NCBI GenBank assembly: GCA_034189385.1
Contig: JAXHVD010000006.1
Location: forward strand, 96,001 to 160,000
From: Thermodesulfobacteriota bacterium
GTDB lineage: Bacteria > Desulfobacterota > Desulfobacteria > Desulfobacterales > C00003060
Direction: 5' to 3'
DNA: 64,000 bases
In this document: positions 18,677 through 28,194 of the stretch, one piece after another
Layout: each line of letters begins with the position of its first letter
Position numbering within the stretch: the stretch's first letter is position 1
Notes under the pieces: model-generated
The model's input: the letters and a program-made list of their open reading frames with translations, nothing else
Database searches by the model: none
Told to the model about the DNA's origin: nothing
Translations under genes and position numbers: made by a program

Positions 18677-20602
18677 ATGATGCCACTTCAGAAAGACGCT
18701 GCCGGGATCGGCCCGGGCAAAAAGGCGCCTCCGGCAGATCCTTCCAAAGACTTCGGTGAAATCGTACCCCTGCTCTTGCAGGAAGGGTATATAACGGAGA
18801 AGCAGGTCCGTTATGCCCAGAGGGTCCGGTCAAAGCTCGAAACGTCTGCCCCTTTGCTGGGAGTTGTAAAGGAACTCCAATATGTTACCGATAAACAGAT
18901 CGAGAAGGTGCTCAGGGCGAATTTGGGTATCATACGAACAGGAAGCCTCCTGGTTGAGCTGGGACATATCAGCGAAGCAGACCTAGAGGCCAGTCTTGAG
19001 ATCCAGAAAAGGGAAAACCCTAAAAAGAAGCTGGGCGAAATCCTTGTTGCCCACAATTTCATCAATGAACGGACCATACTGGAAACCCTTTCTTTGCAGC
19101 TCGGTTTTCCTATTGTGGAGCCAGAGTTTGTGGAAATTGATGAAAAACTTGCATCCAAAGGAAGAACTGAGTTGTATGTGACCCGGGGCTTTCTTCCCCT
19201 TCGCAGGGAAGGTCAGGGCGTCTTTATAGCCTTTGTAGATCCCACGGACAGTCGTGATGTGGAGGCGGCCAAGAAGCTCTTTGGCAATGACATTACTGTA
19301 GCCATAGCCACCAAGGACTCTATCATCCGGGGAATCAAACGGATTCAGCCCGATGCCAAGACGACCTTGTCTGTGGGGATGGATGACAGCTCAATCGTGG
19401 AAACCGCAGATGCCATTATTCTTGCAGCTATTGAAGAAGATGCCAGCGATATCCACATCGAGCCCATGCATGACCGGATTCGTGTCCGCTTCCGCCAAGA
19501 CGGCGTTCTGGTCCATTACAAGGATTTTCCCCTGGAAATCATTCCATCCCTTACCAGTCGCATCAAAATCATGTGCGAAGCGGACATTGCTGAGAAGCGC
19601 AGGCACCAGGGCGGCCGCATTCTCTTTCAGCACAAAGGCGGAGAACTGGACTTGCGGGTCTCCTTTTACGTCACTGTCCATGGCGAAAAGATCGTGTTGC
19701 GCCTGTTGAACCGCCAGAACCAACTCTTCGACCTCGAAGACATAGGCATGTCGCGCAGGATGCTGGAAAGGTTTAAGGAAGACGCTATTGATCGACCAAG
19801 TGGCGTGGTCATCATTACGGGGCCCACTGGGTCAGGAAAGACCACCACGGTCTATAGCTCCATCAACTACCTCAATGATCCCCAGACAAGCATTATCACT
19901 GCTGAAGAGCCTGTCGAATACGTTATCCCCGGCATATCCCAGTGTTCTATCGATCCCAAGATCAACCTCACCTTTGATGAGACATTGCGCCACATTGTAC
20001 GCCAGGACCCGGACATCGTGGTCATCGGTGAAATCCGTGATACCTATTCAGCCGGAGTTGCCGTGCAAGCAGCACTGACAGGGCACAAAGTCCTCACCAC
20101 CTTTCACACGGAGGACAGCATCGGAGGGCTCATCCGGCTGCTGAATATGGACATTGATGCCTTTCTGATCTCCTCCACGGTCGTGTGTGTGGTGGCCCAG
20201 CGGCTTTTGCGAAGGGTGTGTAAGTCCTGCGAAATGCCCCATCAGCTAAGCCCCGTGGAACTCCGTCGCCTCCATTACGGCCCCCAGGATGTCCTTGGGG
20301 TGGAGTTTCGAAAGGGTCGAGGATGTCCTGAGTGTCGATATTCAGGGTACAAGGGGCGGGTGGCCATATTTGAGCTCCTTGTTCTTGAAGAGCCGGTTCG
20401 CGACGCCATCTTGGCCCGTAAGACCAGTCATCAGATCCGCAGCATCAGCATAGAGAGCACGGGACTGGTGACCCTTTTGGAAGACGGCATCGTCAAGGCT
20501 GCTGCTGGTATTACCACTGTTGAAGAAGTGCTCAAGTGTCTTCCGCGGCTGCAAAGACCTAGGCCTCTGGCAGAGTTACAGCACCTTCTGGGAGGAGCAT
20601 GA
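18677..20602 (+). CDS. PilB/GspE/MshE family ATPase with MshEN-like N-terminus
   Basis: ASDIHIEP, GPTGSGKTTT, TAEEPVE, RQDPD..VIGEIRD, TGH.VLTTFH, CKSC..CPEC, GYKGR; RTGSLLVELGHI..LEIQ / KLGEILVAHNFI..LSLQ. Confidence 0.95.
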   Translation: MMPLQKDAAGIGPGKKAPPADPSKDFGEIVPLLLQEGYITEKQVRYAQRVRSKLETSAPLLGVVKELQYVTDKQIEKVLRANLGIIRTGSLLVELGHISEADLEASLEIQKRENPKKKLGEILVAHNFINERTILETLSLQLGFPIVEPEFVEIDEKLASKGRTELYVTRGFLPLRREGQGVFIAFVDPTDSRDVEAAKKLFGNDITVAIATKDSIIRGIKRIQPDAKTTLSVGMDDSSIVETADAIILAAIEEDASDIHIEPMHDRIRVRFRQDGVLVHYKDFPLEIIPSLTSRIKIMCEADIAEKRRHQGGRILFQHKGGELDLRVSFYVTVHGEKIVLRLLNRQNQLFDLEDIGMSRRMLERFKEDAIDRPSGVVIITGPTGSGKTTTVYSSINYLNDPQTSIITAEEPVEYVIPGISQCSIDPKINLTFDETLRHIVRQDPDIVVIGEIRDTYSAGVAVQAALTGHKVLTTFHTEDSIGGLIRLLNMDIDAFLISSTVVCVVAQRLLRRVCKSCEMPHQLSPVELRRLHYGPQDVLGVEFRKGRGCPECRYSGYKGRVAIFELLVLEEPVRDAILARKTSHQIRSISIESTGLVTLLEDGIVKAAAGITTVEEVLKCLPRLQRPRPLAELQHLLGGA

Positions 20603-21441
20603 TGGGGAAAAGATCTTTCGCAGACCTCCTGGATGAACACATCAAAAGCGAGAAGACCGTGCTTCCGCCATTTAACAAGACCGCTCTGCGTGTCCGGCGA
20701 GAAGTGGTTAAGGAGGAGCCGGACACCCGAGTGATAGAGGAACTCATTTCCCGTGACCAGTCTCTTGCAAGTCAGGTATTGAGGACCGCCAATTCCGCCT
20801 TTTGCGGTGGTCTCGTGAAAGTGATCACCGTGCACGATGCTGTCGTTCGTCTGGGAGTAAAAGAGGTTTCCAATATCGTCATCCTGGTCACACAGCGGAA
20901 CCACTTTCGCTCCAAAGACCCCTTTGTCAATGAGATCATGGAAAGACTCTGGCAACATTCCGTGCAATGCGCGATAGGGGCTCAGTGGCTTGCCAGGTAT
21001 TGCGGCTTTCAGTCCCTTGCAGATCAAGCCTTCATTGCAGGTTTGCTCCACGACGTTGGAAAACTGTTCCTTCTCATGGTCATCGAAGATATTTGCAGCT
21101 CCGGAAAGATGACCTCGCGACCCTCCCATGCCATGGTAAATGAAATCATGAACAGCTTGCACGCAGAACAGGGGTATTTTCTTCTGAAGAATTGGAACCT
21201 TCCGGAGACCTATTGCGTTATCGCCCGCGACCACCACACAGAGGAATTTGACTCCAAGGACCACTTGCTGGCAGTCATCCGACTGGTGAATAAGGCCTGC
21301 CACAAAATGGGCATTGGCTTGAAGACAGACACAGACATTGTCCTGGCGGCAAGTCCCGAAGCCGAGTTGCTGAACCTGTCTGAGGTCTCCCTGGCAGAGC
21401 TGGAGATCACGTTGGAAGACTCCCTGGCCCTGGCACCCTGA
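20599..21441 (+). CDS. HDOD domain protein
   Basis: LPP, DQSLASQVLRTANSA, AVVRLG, LWQHS, AGLLHDVGKL, H...G..L..WNLP; ATGA overlap with the ATPase stop. Confidence 0.93.
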   Translation: MMGKRSFADLLDEHIKSEKTVLPPFNKTALRVRREVVKEEPDTRVIEELISRDQSLASQVLRTANSAFCGGLVKVITVHDAVVRLGVKEVSNIVILVTQRNHFRSKDPFVNEIMERLWQHSVQCAIGAQWLARYCGFQSLADQAFIAGLLHDVGKLFLLMVIEDICSSGKMTSRPSHAMVNEIMNSLHAEQGYFLLKNWNLPETYCVIARDHHTEEFDSKDHLLAVIRLVNKACHKMGIGLKTDTDIVLAASPEAELLNLSEVSLAELEITLEDSLALAP

Positions 21442-21711
21442 AGGCGAGATCCTGAAAAACCCCAAGACACCTCATGGCGTGATGGCCTTTTCCTTGACAC
21501 AGGTTGATTTGTCCCTGTATTTGTGAATATAGGGGTATGTGTGTCCCGCTACGGATCCCACGCTGCATGTTGGCAGCAATGCCTCTTGTGAGTGCTAGGC
21601 AATAGACCCTCTGAAAGCCCCTGGGCTTTCCGACAACCGCCGTACGGACAAAAGGGTTACCCGTGGGGTTCAAAGGAGCCGTCCAAGTTCGCCCCGGAAG
21701 AGAGGAATTTG

Positions 21712-22395
21712 ATGGAAACAAAAATACTGATCGTTGATGACGACGTACATATCCGCAGCCTCCTTGCAAGCTTTATGGAGAAAAAGGGATACCACTTTGA
21801 CCTAGCCGAGAACGTGAACAGTGCCCTGGAATTCATGGAGAAAAACGAATATGATATTGTCTTAACGGACAAGAATATGCCTGATCAAGAGGGTAACCTT
21901 GAGGGAGGCATGACAGTATTGAGGTATGCTAAAGACCATGCGCCGGCCACGGAAGTGATCATGATTACAGGGTACGCCACCATAGAAACGGCTGTTGAAG
22001 CCATGAAACTCGGTGCCTTTGACTATGTCATGAAGCCCATTTCGCTCAATGAATTGGAAGAGAAAATCGAAAGAGTGTTGGAATATAGACGGTTCGTTAA
22101 TTCGGAAGATACGATCAAGACTTACAGAACCCTGCACAATCAATTGCTGAAGGTCCTAGAAAACAGAGAGGATCTTCCAGAGGATCGACTTCGCCAAATT
22201 ATAAAGACCCTGGGGGCAAGGATCGACAATGTGTTCGGTATGCAAAAGGATTATGAAACGATCATCCAGTCACAGGCCGATGCCTTAGAGCGAATTGAAG
22301 GGTACATAGCGGGCCTGGAGGAGACCATCCCCAAGGACAGTCCCTATTATGCCTTGATTGACAAAATTCGGGGGGAGTGCAAAAAACGAATATAA
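21712..22395 (+). CDS. Response regulator (REC plus short helical output)
   Basis: VDDD, LTDKNMP, ITGYA..ETAVEAMKLGAFDY..KP; RBS gagg. Confidence 0.9.
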   Translation: METKILIVDDDVHIRSLLASFMEKKGYHFDLAENVNSALEFMEKNEYDIVLTDKNMPDQEGNLEGGMTVLRYAKDHAPATEVIMITGYATIETAVEAMKLGAFDYVMKPISLNELEEKIERVLEYRRFVNSEDTIKTYRTLHNQLLKVLENREDLPEDRLRQIIKTLGARIDNVFGMQKDYETIIQSQADALERIEGYIAGLEETIPKDSPYYALIDKIRGECKKRI

Positions 22396-22425
22396 ACGAC
22401 GCCACATATTGTGAGGCCCTTTTTC

Positions 22426-22454
22426 TTGACACATCACCCGTTCTTTCCTATACT
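22426..22454 (+). promoter_or_regulatory. Near-consensus sigma70 promoter
   Basis: TTGACA-17 nt-TATACT. Confidence 0.65.
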
Positions 22455-22888
22455 CCTTTATCGTAATAAGCGAATCCTCTTCAGTTGTTCCCCCTGAACT
22501 TTCCTCACCAAAAGGCGAGTCCTTGTCAATCAGCGACATGGCACCATTTGGTCCCGAGGTGGAGACGTTGGCTATTCCCGTGACTGTGGGGCATGTTGTC
22601 CCCAAGTCGAATATATCAAGAATGTCGTATCACTGAAAGACATGGTTCAAACACCGGGTTGGCCCCTATGATCAAGAGGAGGCCTTCAAGGCAGGGGCCT
22701 TGAAACGTTTGGATTTCCGTCTTGTGTGATACAGGGTTGCATCTCAGGATTCGAGAAAGCAATGGGCCACACAAGGTTTCTCGTCCGTCTTTTTGACAAA
22801 ACGGTTTAAGCCAAAGCGCCTTTGCGCGTTTTTTCAAACAACTTGGCGTTGCTCTTGGCCAGGCGTGTCCTTGGGCGGAAAATAGCCC

Positions 22889-25198
22889 ATGGAGGTATCC
22901 GTGCCTCACGTTCCAAAGATTCTGGTTGTTGATGATGAGCCCCGTATCTGCGACAGCCTCAAAATAATATTGGGCCATGGCGGCTACGAGATACTGACCA
23001 GCTGCAGTGGCAAAGAGGCCTTGGCTTGTATGGCCCAACACCACATTGATCTTGTCATCTTGGACATGGTCATGCCTGAGACAGACGGCTGGGCGGTGCT
23101 GGACAGCATGGCTGGCCAGGAGGTACACACAAAGGTCATTGCCATGAGCGGCAATGCCTCCGTAGAGTCTGCAGTGGCAGTACTAAAGAGCGGCGCTTGT
23201 GATTATCTCAAGAAGCCCTTTGGGCATGACGAGCTCCTAGGACGGGTTCGAAGTGCCCTATCAAAGGACAGTGAAGAAAAAAGGAAGACTATCAGTCAAC
23301 ACCTGGAGCGGTCAGAGAGGCGATATCGATTCCTAGTCCAGGCTTCTCCTGACATCATCTATACACTCGACCGGGAAGGGCGGTTCACCTTTGTCAATGA
23401 TGCTGTTCATCACTTGCTTGGTTTCACCCGACAGGAGTTGATAGGCTCACCCTATACGACTGTTATCTATGAGAAAGATTTGAACAGGGCCAACTACCTT
23501 TTCAATGAAAGACGAACGGGAGACCGTGCGGCAGCAGGGGTGGAACTGCGATTGAGGATCGCTCAAAACGACAATGGGACTGAGCAACATGAGACCAGCT
23601 TTCTTCCCATAGAACTCAAAGCCACGGGCGTCTACGAATCACTGCGCCCTCAGGGTAGCCAGAAGAGATATTTGGGGACCTACGGTGTTGCCAGAGATAC
23701 AAGCAATCGAAAACGGGCAGAGGAGGCATTGCAGAGAAGCGAGGAACGTTATCGGGCATTATTCGAAAATAGCCCTATCGACACAGTCATCGTGGACCAT
23801 GAGGCAAGAGTGACAGATTTCAATCTTGCAAAGAGACGGTCAAGCGATAGGCTGCCCAAGGTTGGAGATGTGATGTACAAAGACTATGCCGGCAAGCACG
23901 GGACTGGCATGCTGGGTAAATTGAGAGAGTGCATGAGGACAGGGCTGCCTGAGGAGTTCCCGGAGCAAAGGTACGGTGATAGGTTCCTGCACATAAGGAT
24001 GTCTCCCTTCTCCGAGGGCGCCATCATCACATCCATAGACATCACGGCCCAGAAGAGGATCGAAGCGCAGTTCCAACAAGCTCAGAAGATCGAGGCCATT
24101 GGAACACTGGCTGGTGGCATTGCCCATGATTTTAATAACCTGCTTATGGCAGTGTTGGGAAATACCTCCTTGATACTCCACGACGTGGGTCCCGATCATC
24201 CCCACTATGAACGGCTAAAAAACATTGAAGAACACGTCAGAAGCGGAGCTGCACTCACCAGGCAGCTTCTCGGATATGCTAGGCAGAGACAGTATGAACT
24301 CCAGCGTATTGACTTAAATGCCTTGGTCAAAGAGACTGCCTATGCCTTTGGGAGAACAAGAAAGGACACTGTGCTTTACCAGGAATTGGCAGAAGGCCTG
24401 TATGAAATAGACGGTGACAAAGGCCAAATGGAGCAGGTTCTGTTGAATCTATACGTAAACGCCGCAGAGGCCATGCCTGGGGGCGGGAGCCTCTTTTTGA
24501 AAACCGTGAACCGATCCCGTGAAGAGGTCAGGGGCAAGCTCCATGATCCCCAACCTGGCAACTATGTCTTGTTGACAGTTACCGATACGGGTATTGGGAT
24601 GGATCGAGAAACTCGAGAGCGCGTATTTGATCCATTTTTTACCACAAAGGAACTGGGCCGAGGCACGGGGCTTGGGCTTGCTTCAGCCTATAGTGTCGTC
24701 AAGAGCCATGGTGGACACATTGAGGTGGCCTCAAAGAAGGGCAAGGGGACCACTTTCAGCATATATCTTCCTGCGACAAAAAAAAGGGAGGAGACCGCCA
24801 TCGCGGCATCTGAACAAAGTGCGATCAAGGGCAGAACCATCCTGTTGGTAGATGACGAAAAGATGATTCTGGATATAGGGGGTAAGGTGCTAAACCGCTC
24901 AGGTTACCATGTCCTGAAAGCGGCAGGGGGCAAAGAGGCGTTGCAGGTCTATAAAAGGCACAAAGATAAGATTGATCTGGTGATTCTGGATATGAGAATG
25001 CCTGACATGGGCGGCAGTGAGGTCTATAACCAAATCAAGGAGATAGACCCTGGCGTGAAAGTTCTCCTTGCCAGCGGTTACAGCATAGATAGCCAGGTGA
25101 GAGGACTTTTGGACCGTGGTTGTAACGGTTTTATTGAAAAGCCCTATAGAAGAGAAGAATTGACTGAGACCATAACGGAAATTTTGGACAAGCCATAG
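22889..25198 (+). CDS. Hybrid histidine kinase REC-PAS-PAS-HisKA-HATPase-REC
   Basis: N- and C-terminal REC domains; PAS (SPDIIY..GRFTFVN); AGGIAHDFNNLL, NLYVNA, DTGIGM, FDPFFTTK, GTGLGL. Confidence 0.95.
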   Translation: MEVSVPHVPKILVVDDEPRICDSLKIILGHGGYEILTSCSGKEALACMAQHHIDLVILDMVMPETDGWAVLDSMAGQEVHTKVIAMSGNASVESAVAVLKSGACDYLKKPFGHDELLGRVRSALSKDSEEKRKTISQHLERSERRYRFLVQASPDIIYTLDREGRFTFVNDAVHHLLGFTRQELIGSPYTTVIYEKDLNRANYLFNERRTGDRAAAGVELRLRIAQNDNGTEQHETSFLPIELKATGVYESLRPQGSQKRYLGTYGVARDTSNRKRAEEALQRSEERYRALFENSPIDTVIVDHEARVTDFNLAKRRSSDRLPKVGDVMYKDYAGKHGTGMLGKLRECMRTGLPEEFPEQRYGDRFLHIRMSPFSEGAIITSIDITAQKRIEAQFQQAQKIEAIGTLAGGIAHDFNNLLMAVLGNTSLILHDVGPDHPHYERLKNIEEHVRSGAALTRQLLGYARQRQYELQRIDLNALVKETAYAFGRTRKDTVLYQELAEGLYEIDGDKGQMEQVLLNLYVNAAEAMPGGGSLFLKTVNRSREEVRGKLHDPQPGNYVLLTVTDTGIGMDRETRERVFDPFFTTKELGRGTGLGLASAYSVVKSHGGHIEVASKKGKGTTFSIYLPATKKREETAIAASEQSAIKGRTILLVDDEKMILDIGGKVLNRSGYHVLKAAGGKEALQVYKRHKDKIDLVILDMRMPDMGGSEVYNQIKEIDPGVKVLLASGYSIDSQVRGLLDRGCNGFIEKPYRREELTETITEILDKP

Positions 25199-25252
25199 GG
25201 CTTTTGCCTCTGCTTGGGCCGGCCACTTTCGCGTAAAGAAAAGAAAGGACAG

Positions 25253-26614
25253 CTAAGGATTCTTACTTGTACCAAGGGTCTGGAGGACGGTCTCGATCAC
25301 TTCAGATGCCTCAGGGCTTTTTACCACGACTGCATCCGCACCGGCTTCCAGGGCGCGCTTTCGCGTTTCAGCCCGATGGTCGGCAGTAAATAGGACCAGT
25401 TTCGTATCCTTGCAGGTATCTACTGCACGCACTCGCCGACACACCTCTATGCCAGTTAGAGTGGGCAGCGTGAAATCGATCACTGCTGCCACTGGTTTTT
25501 CCCGAATGATCAGATCCAGCCCGTCTCCTCCATTGGTTGCGGTCATTGGATGAAATCCGACCTTCTGAAAAAGACGGGCATAGAGTCTCAATATTACCGG
25601 ATTGTCGTCCACGATGACCAGCTTATTAGGTTCCAGTGGCGTCAGGGTGGGGCGGCTCTCGTCATCCTCCTCATAGTCAATCACCAAGAGCATGTCAGCC
25701 CCTTCCAGGACGGTCTCTCGGTCCGGGAAGATAAAATCTCGGCCGTTCTTGCGAAGCCCCATGATCTCCCGGCCCATCACCATGGAAACGGAGCGTATCG
25801 TTTCGCCCAACATGCTGGACCCCTCTTGGACACTTACCCATTGGGGGACTGCCTTGTGGCGGCGAGTCTCGTGCAATGTCGCCCGCTTCCGCGTAGCCGA
25901 AAGCACTTGCTCCGCGATCTGTTTGCCTGCAGTGGCAAAAGGTGAAATGACGTTATTCGCTCCACCGCGCAGTATCTTTTTCTCCGATGATGGATTCTCC
26001 GCCCGTGCGATGATGTGCAGCATAGGATTTAGATCCCGGGCAGTGAGGGCAGTAAAAAGATTGTCAGGGTCTGAATTGAGGAGGGCAAGAAGACCAGCGG
26101 CAGATTTTATTCCAGCCCCTAGCAATGTGGCTTCCCTCGTAGCGTCTCCTTCAACAATGAGATAGCCCTTCTCTCGAATCTTATGGGTCTGTGCTGCATT
26201 AGCCTCGATGATGACAAAATCAGCGCCTGTTTCTCTGAAATACTCCGCAGCGGCCATCCCAACCCTTCCATAGCCACAAACAACATAGTGGGACTTCAGG
26301 CCAGAGATCTTCTTTCTCATTTTCCTTATCCCCGATTTACCACTCCAGACCTTTTCAAGGAGCGATTCAACTATGGCATGTCCAACAAATGCAAGGCCTC
26401 CAACGCCAACAAGGATAAGCACGGTGGTGAATCCCCGCCCTATCTCCGATAGCGGTTTTACTTCCCCGAAGCCTACGGTCGTGATGGTAATGACGGACAT
26501 GTAGAGGGCTTCAAAGAATGTGTAATCCTCAATGAGGATATAGCCTGAGGTCCCAATGGCAATAATACTCAGGCACAGCGTCAAAGCCATCGTGATGCGT
26601 CGACGCGAAGACAT
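25253..26614 (-). CDS. 2-TM potassium channel with RCK (TrkA-N/TrkA-C) domains and C-terminal REC domain
   Basis: Pore ALYMSVITITTVGFGE; VVCGYGRVG, EGDAT, DPDNL, IIARA; C-terminal IVDDNP..AVIDF..LFTAD..VVKS. Confidence 0.92.
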   Translation of the reverse strand: MSSRRRITMALTLCLSIIAIGTSGYILIEDYTFFEALYMSVITITTVGFGEVKPLSEIGRGFTTVLILVGVGGLAFVGHAIVESLLEKVWSGKSGIRKMRKKISGLKSHYVVCGYGRVGMAAAEYFRETGADFVIIEANAAQTHKIREKGYLIVEGDATREATLLGAGIKSAAGLLALLNSDPDNLFTALTARDLNPMLHIIARAENPSSEKKILRGGANNVISPFATAGKQIAEQVLSATRKRATLHETRRHKAVPQWVSVQEGSSMLGETIRSVSMVMGREIMGLRKNGRDFIFPDRETVLEGADMLLVIDYEEDDESRPTLTPLEPNKLVIVDDNPVILRLYARLFQKVGFHPMTATNGGDGLDLIIREKPVAAVIDFTLPTLTGIEVCRRVRAVDTCKDTKLVLFTADHRAETRKRALEAGADAVVVKSPEASEVIETVLQTLGTSKNP

Positions 26615-26767
26615 GACAAGGGCTTTCTACCTTCGTTGACAAAAACAAGACGGATTTTTTCCAGACCGTTGCCTCCATCCTCTTTCTCTCGGCGAAAGCC
26701 ACTTCGCAATTCTGCAAGAGGCGGAATCAAGGCCTGATCCAGGCCATTCCAACAAGCCACGGTAAGC

Positions 26768-26783
26768 TGCAATTTCTGTGCCC
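26768..26783 (-). promoter_or_regulatory. Putative sigma54 promoter for the channel gene
   Basis: Minus strand GGGCACAGAAATTGCA, GG-N10-GC. Confidence 0.6.
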
Positions 26784-27129
26784 CAGGGTCATTGGAGATA
26801 GCAGACAAGCCCACGGAGCTATTTCACCGTTTCCTCAGCAAGATGTCGGCCCCAGTATATGGGGACTGTAGCTTCTATGAACCCGTAGGGCAGATCCCTA
26901 GTTCTTTTGGGCCACTGCTGCGCTGTTTCAGGCGGTTTCCTTATAAAAGCCACGTCACAACTCCCACCCTCAGTGTCAAACAATTGGCACAAAATCATCG
27001 TGCACCCGTTGGATAATTCTTTCAGGACTTGCCTGGATTTAGTCACCGGCTCGTTTCATGTTCCGTATTCTACGAGAAGTACAGACATTATTCTGCCTCT
27101 TACCTACAAGGCAACTGGCCTGTTTTGTC

Positions 27130-27145
27130 TGGCACAATTCTGGCA
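27130..27145 (+). promoter_or_regulatory. Putative sigma54 promoter for the HTH-MCP-cheW unit
   Basis: TGGCACAATTCTGGCA, GG-N10-GC; GTCAAACAATTGGC box at 26975-26988. Confidence 0.6.
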
Positions 27146-27196
27146 GGAAACTAGGAAAAGAAGAGAAAGGGATAAGCGTTTACGAGGAATGAATCC

Positions 27197-27415
27197 ATGA
27201 ACACAAGACAGAGGCTTAGGAAGTTTGTATCCACTGGGGAGATCGCGGAAATGTTGGAGGTCAGCCCACGAACTATTAGAAACTGGATCAACAAAGGTGA
27301 CATCAAGGCATACAAGATTGGCCAGAATCTGAAGATCCCCGCGGCAGAAGTCGTTCAGATGCTTCAGCGCTATGATCAACCCATCCCCGAGTGGCTGAAA
27401 GGTGGGGATGCGTAA
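27197..27415 (+). CDS. Small HTH_17 (excisionase-like) DNA-binding protein
   Basis: FVSTGEIAEMLEVSPRTIRNWINKGDIKAYKIG..KIP; RBS gagg. Confidence 0.88.
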   Translation: MNTRQRLRKFVSTGEIAEMLEVSPRTIRNWINKGDIKAYKIGQNLKIPAAEVVQMLQRYDQPIPEWLKGGDA

Positions 27416-28130
27416 CCTCCAACTCATGCCACATGGAAAAGCTAACACGGTTTTTCTGCTCATCGGCGAAGTCGGCATATCCACTTTCTAGGCGGTGGTC
27501 CCCATTGCCGACAAAGCAGAGGTCTCCTTCCTGGCTTGCCGATGCAAAGGGCTCGAAGATCGATACAGATGACCTTGGCGAAAAGTACCGGGCTGGTCAC
27601 TCGATGATCGTGCTCTCTTTCAAGTAGATTCTGGCTCGTGGCATAGTCACTCTGGCCCTTGCAGCGGGTGTCCATATCTTAGGTTCTATAACCAAGCCTA
27701 TCAGGGATCAAAAACGGGGTGAGTAAAGGGGTTGATTCCGGAACCCCTGCATCGGGGCAGGTGCCATCTTCCGGCCAAGATGTGGCTAGGGGGGCATCTT
27801 CATAGGCGCATCTTCATAGGCGCATCTTCATAGGCGGCATATCTGGAGGAGATGTCCTCTATGACTAGGCACAACGCTGACAAGGCTCATCAGGTCGACA
27901 AATCAATGGATCACCATGGGTGACATATCCAAGGCAAGGGAGGAGGCTTCTAAGATCATCAAGACTATCGATAAGAGCCTCTCAGACGAATCTTTTGGCC
28001 CTCAACGCTGCCATTGAGGCAGCCAGGGCAAGAGAGGCCGGCAGGAAGACCGGTAGGTGCGCAAAGAGGGCCCAGCGAAAAGGACCGAGGCCTATGACAT
28101 CATGGCCAGCATGTAGGGAATGGAAATCCT
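27408..28130 (+). pseudogene. Decayed methyl-accepting chemotaxis protein
   Basis: Fragments [72 protein letters not shown] in several frames, colinear with the intact MCP at 28791; ends approximate. Confidence 0.8.
27794..27835 (+). repeat. Perfect tandem repeat, 3 x 14 bp (gcatcttcataggc)
   Basis: Directly visible inside the MCP pseudogene. Confidence 0.95.
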
Positions 28131-28194
28131 AATCAGGCCGTTCCCAGGTAATGATGGTTTCAAGGATTTCCGATGAAGAGGAGGAACAAGACAA

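Noticed and set aside
20431..21465. 344-aa - strand ORF
   Set aside because: Antisense shadow of the HDOD gene
21441..21712. c-di-GMP (GEMM) riboswitch in island leaders
   Set aside because: Could not match the GGCAAA..GAAA..ACGCAAA / tetraloop-receptor pattern here or in the other leaders; cmscan would be needed to exclude it fully
22285..22605. 106-aa - strand ORF with an NxSxxG PilZ-like snippet
   Set aside because: Overlaps the response regulator 3' end and a strong + strand promoter; similarity too weak
27197..27415. Prophage or ICE excisionase
   Set aside because: No integrase, att site or phage genes in the window
27794..27835. Possible CRISPR array or phase-variation tract
   Set aside because: No spacers or cas genes; the unit contains a stop codon and lies in a multiply broken gene
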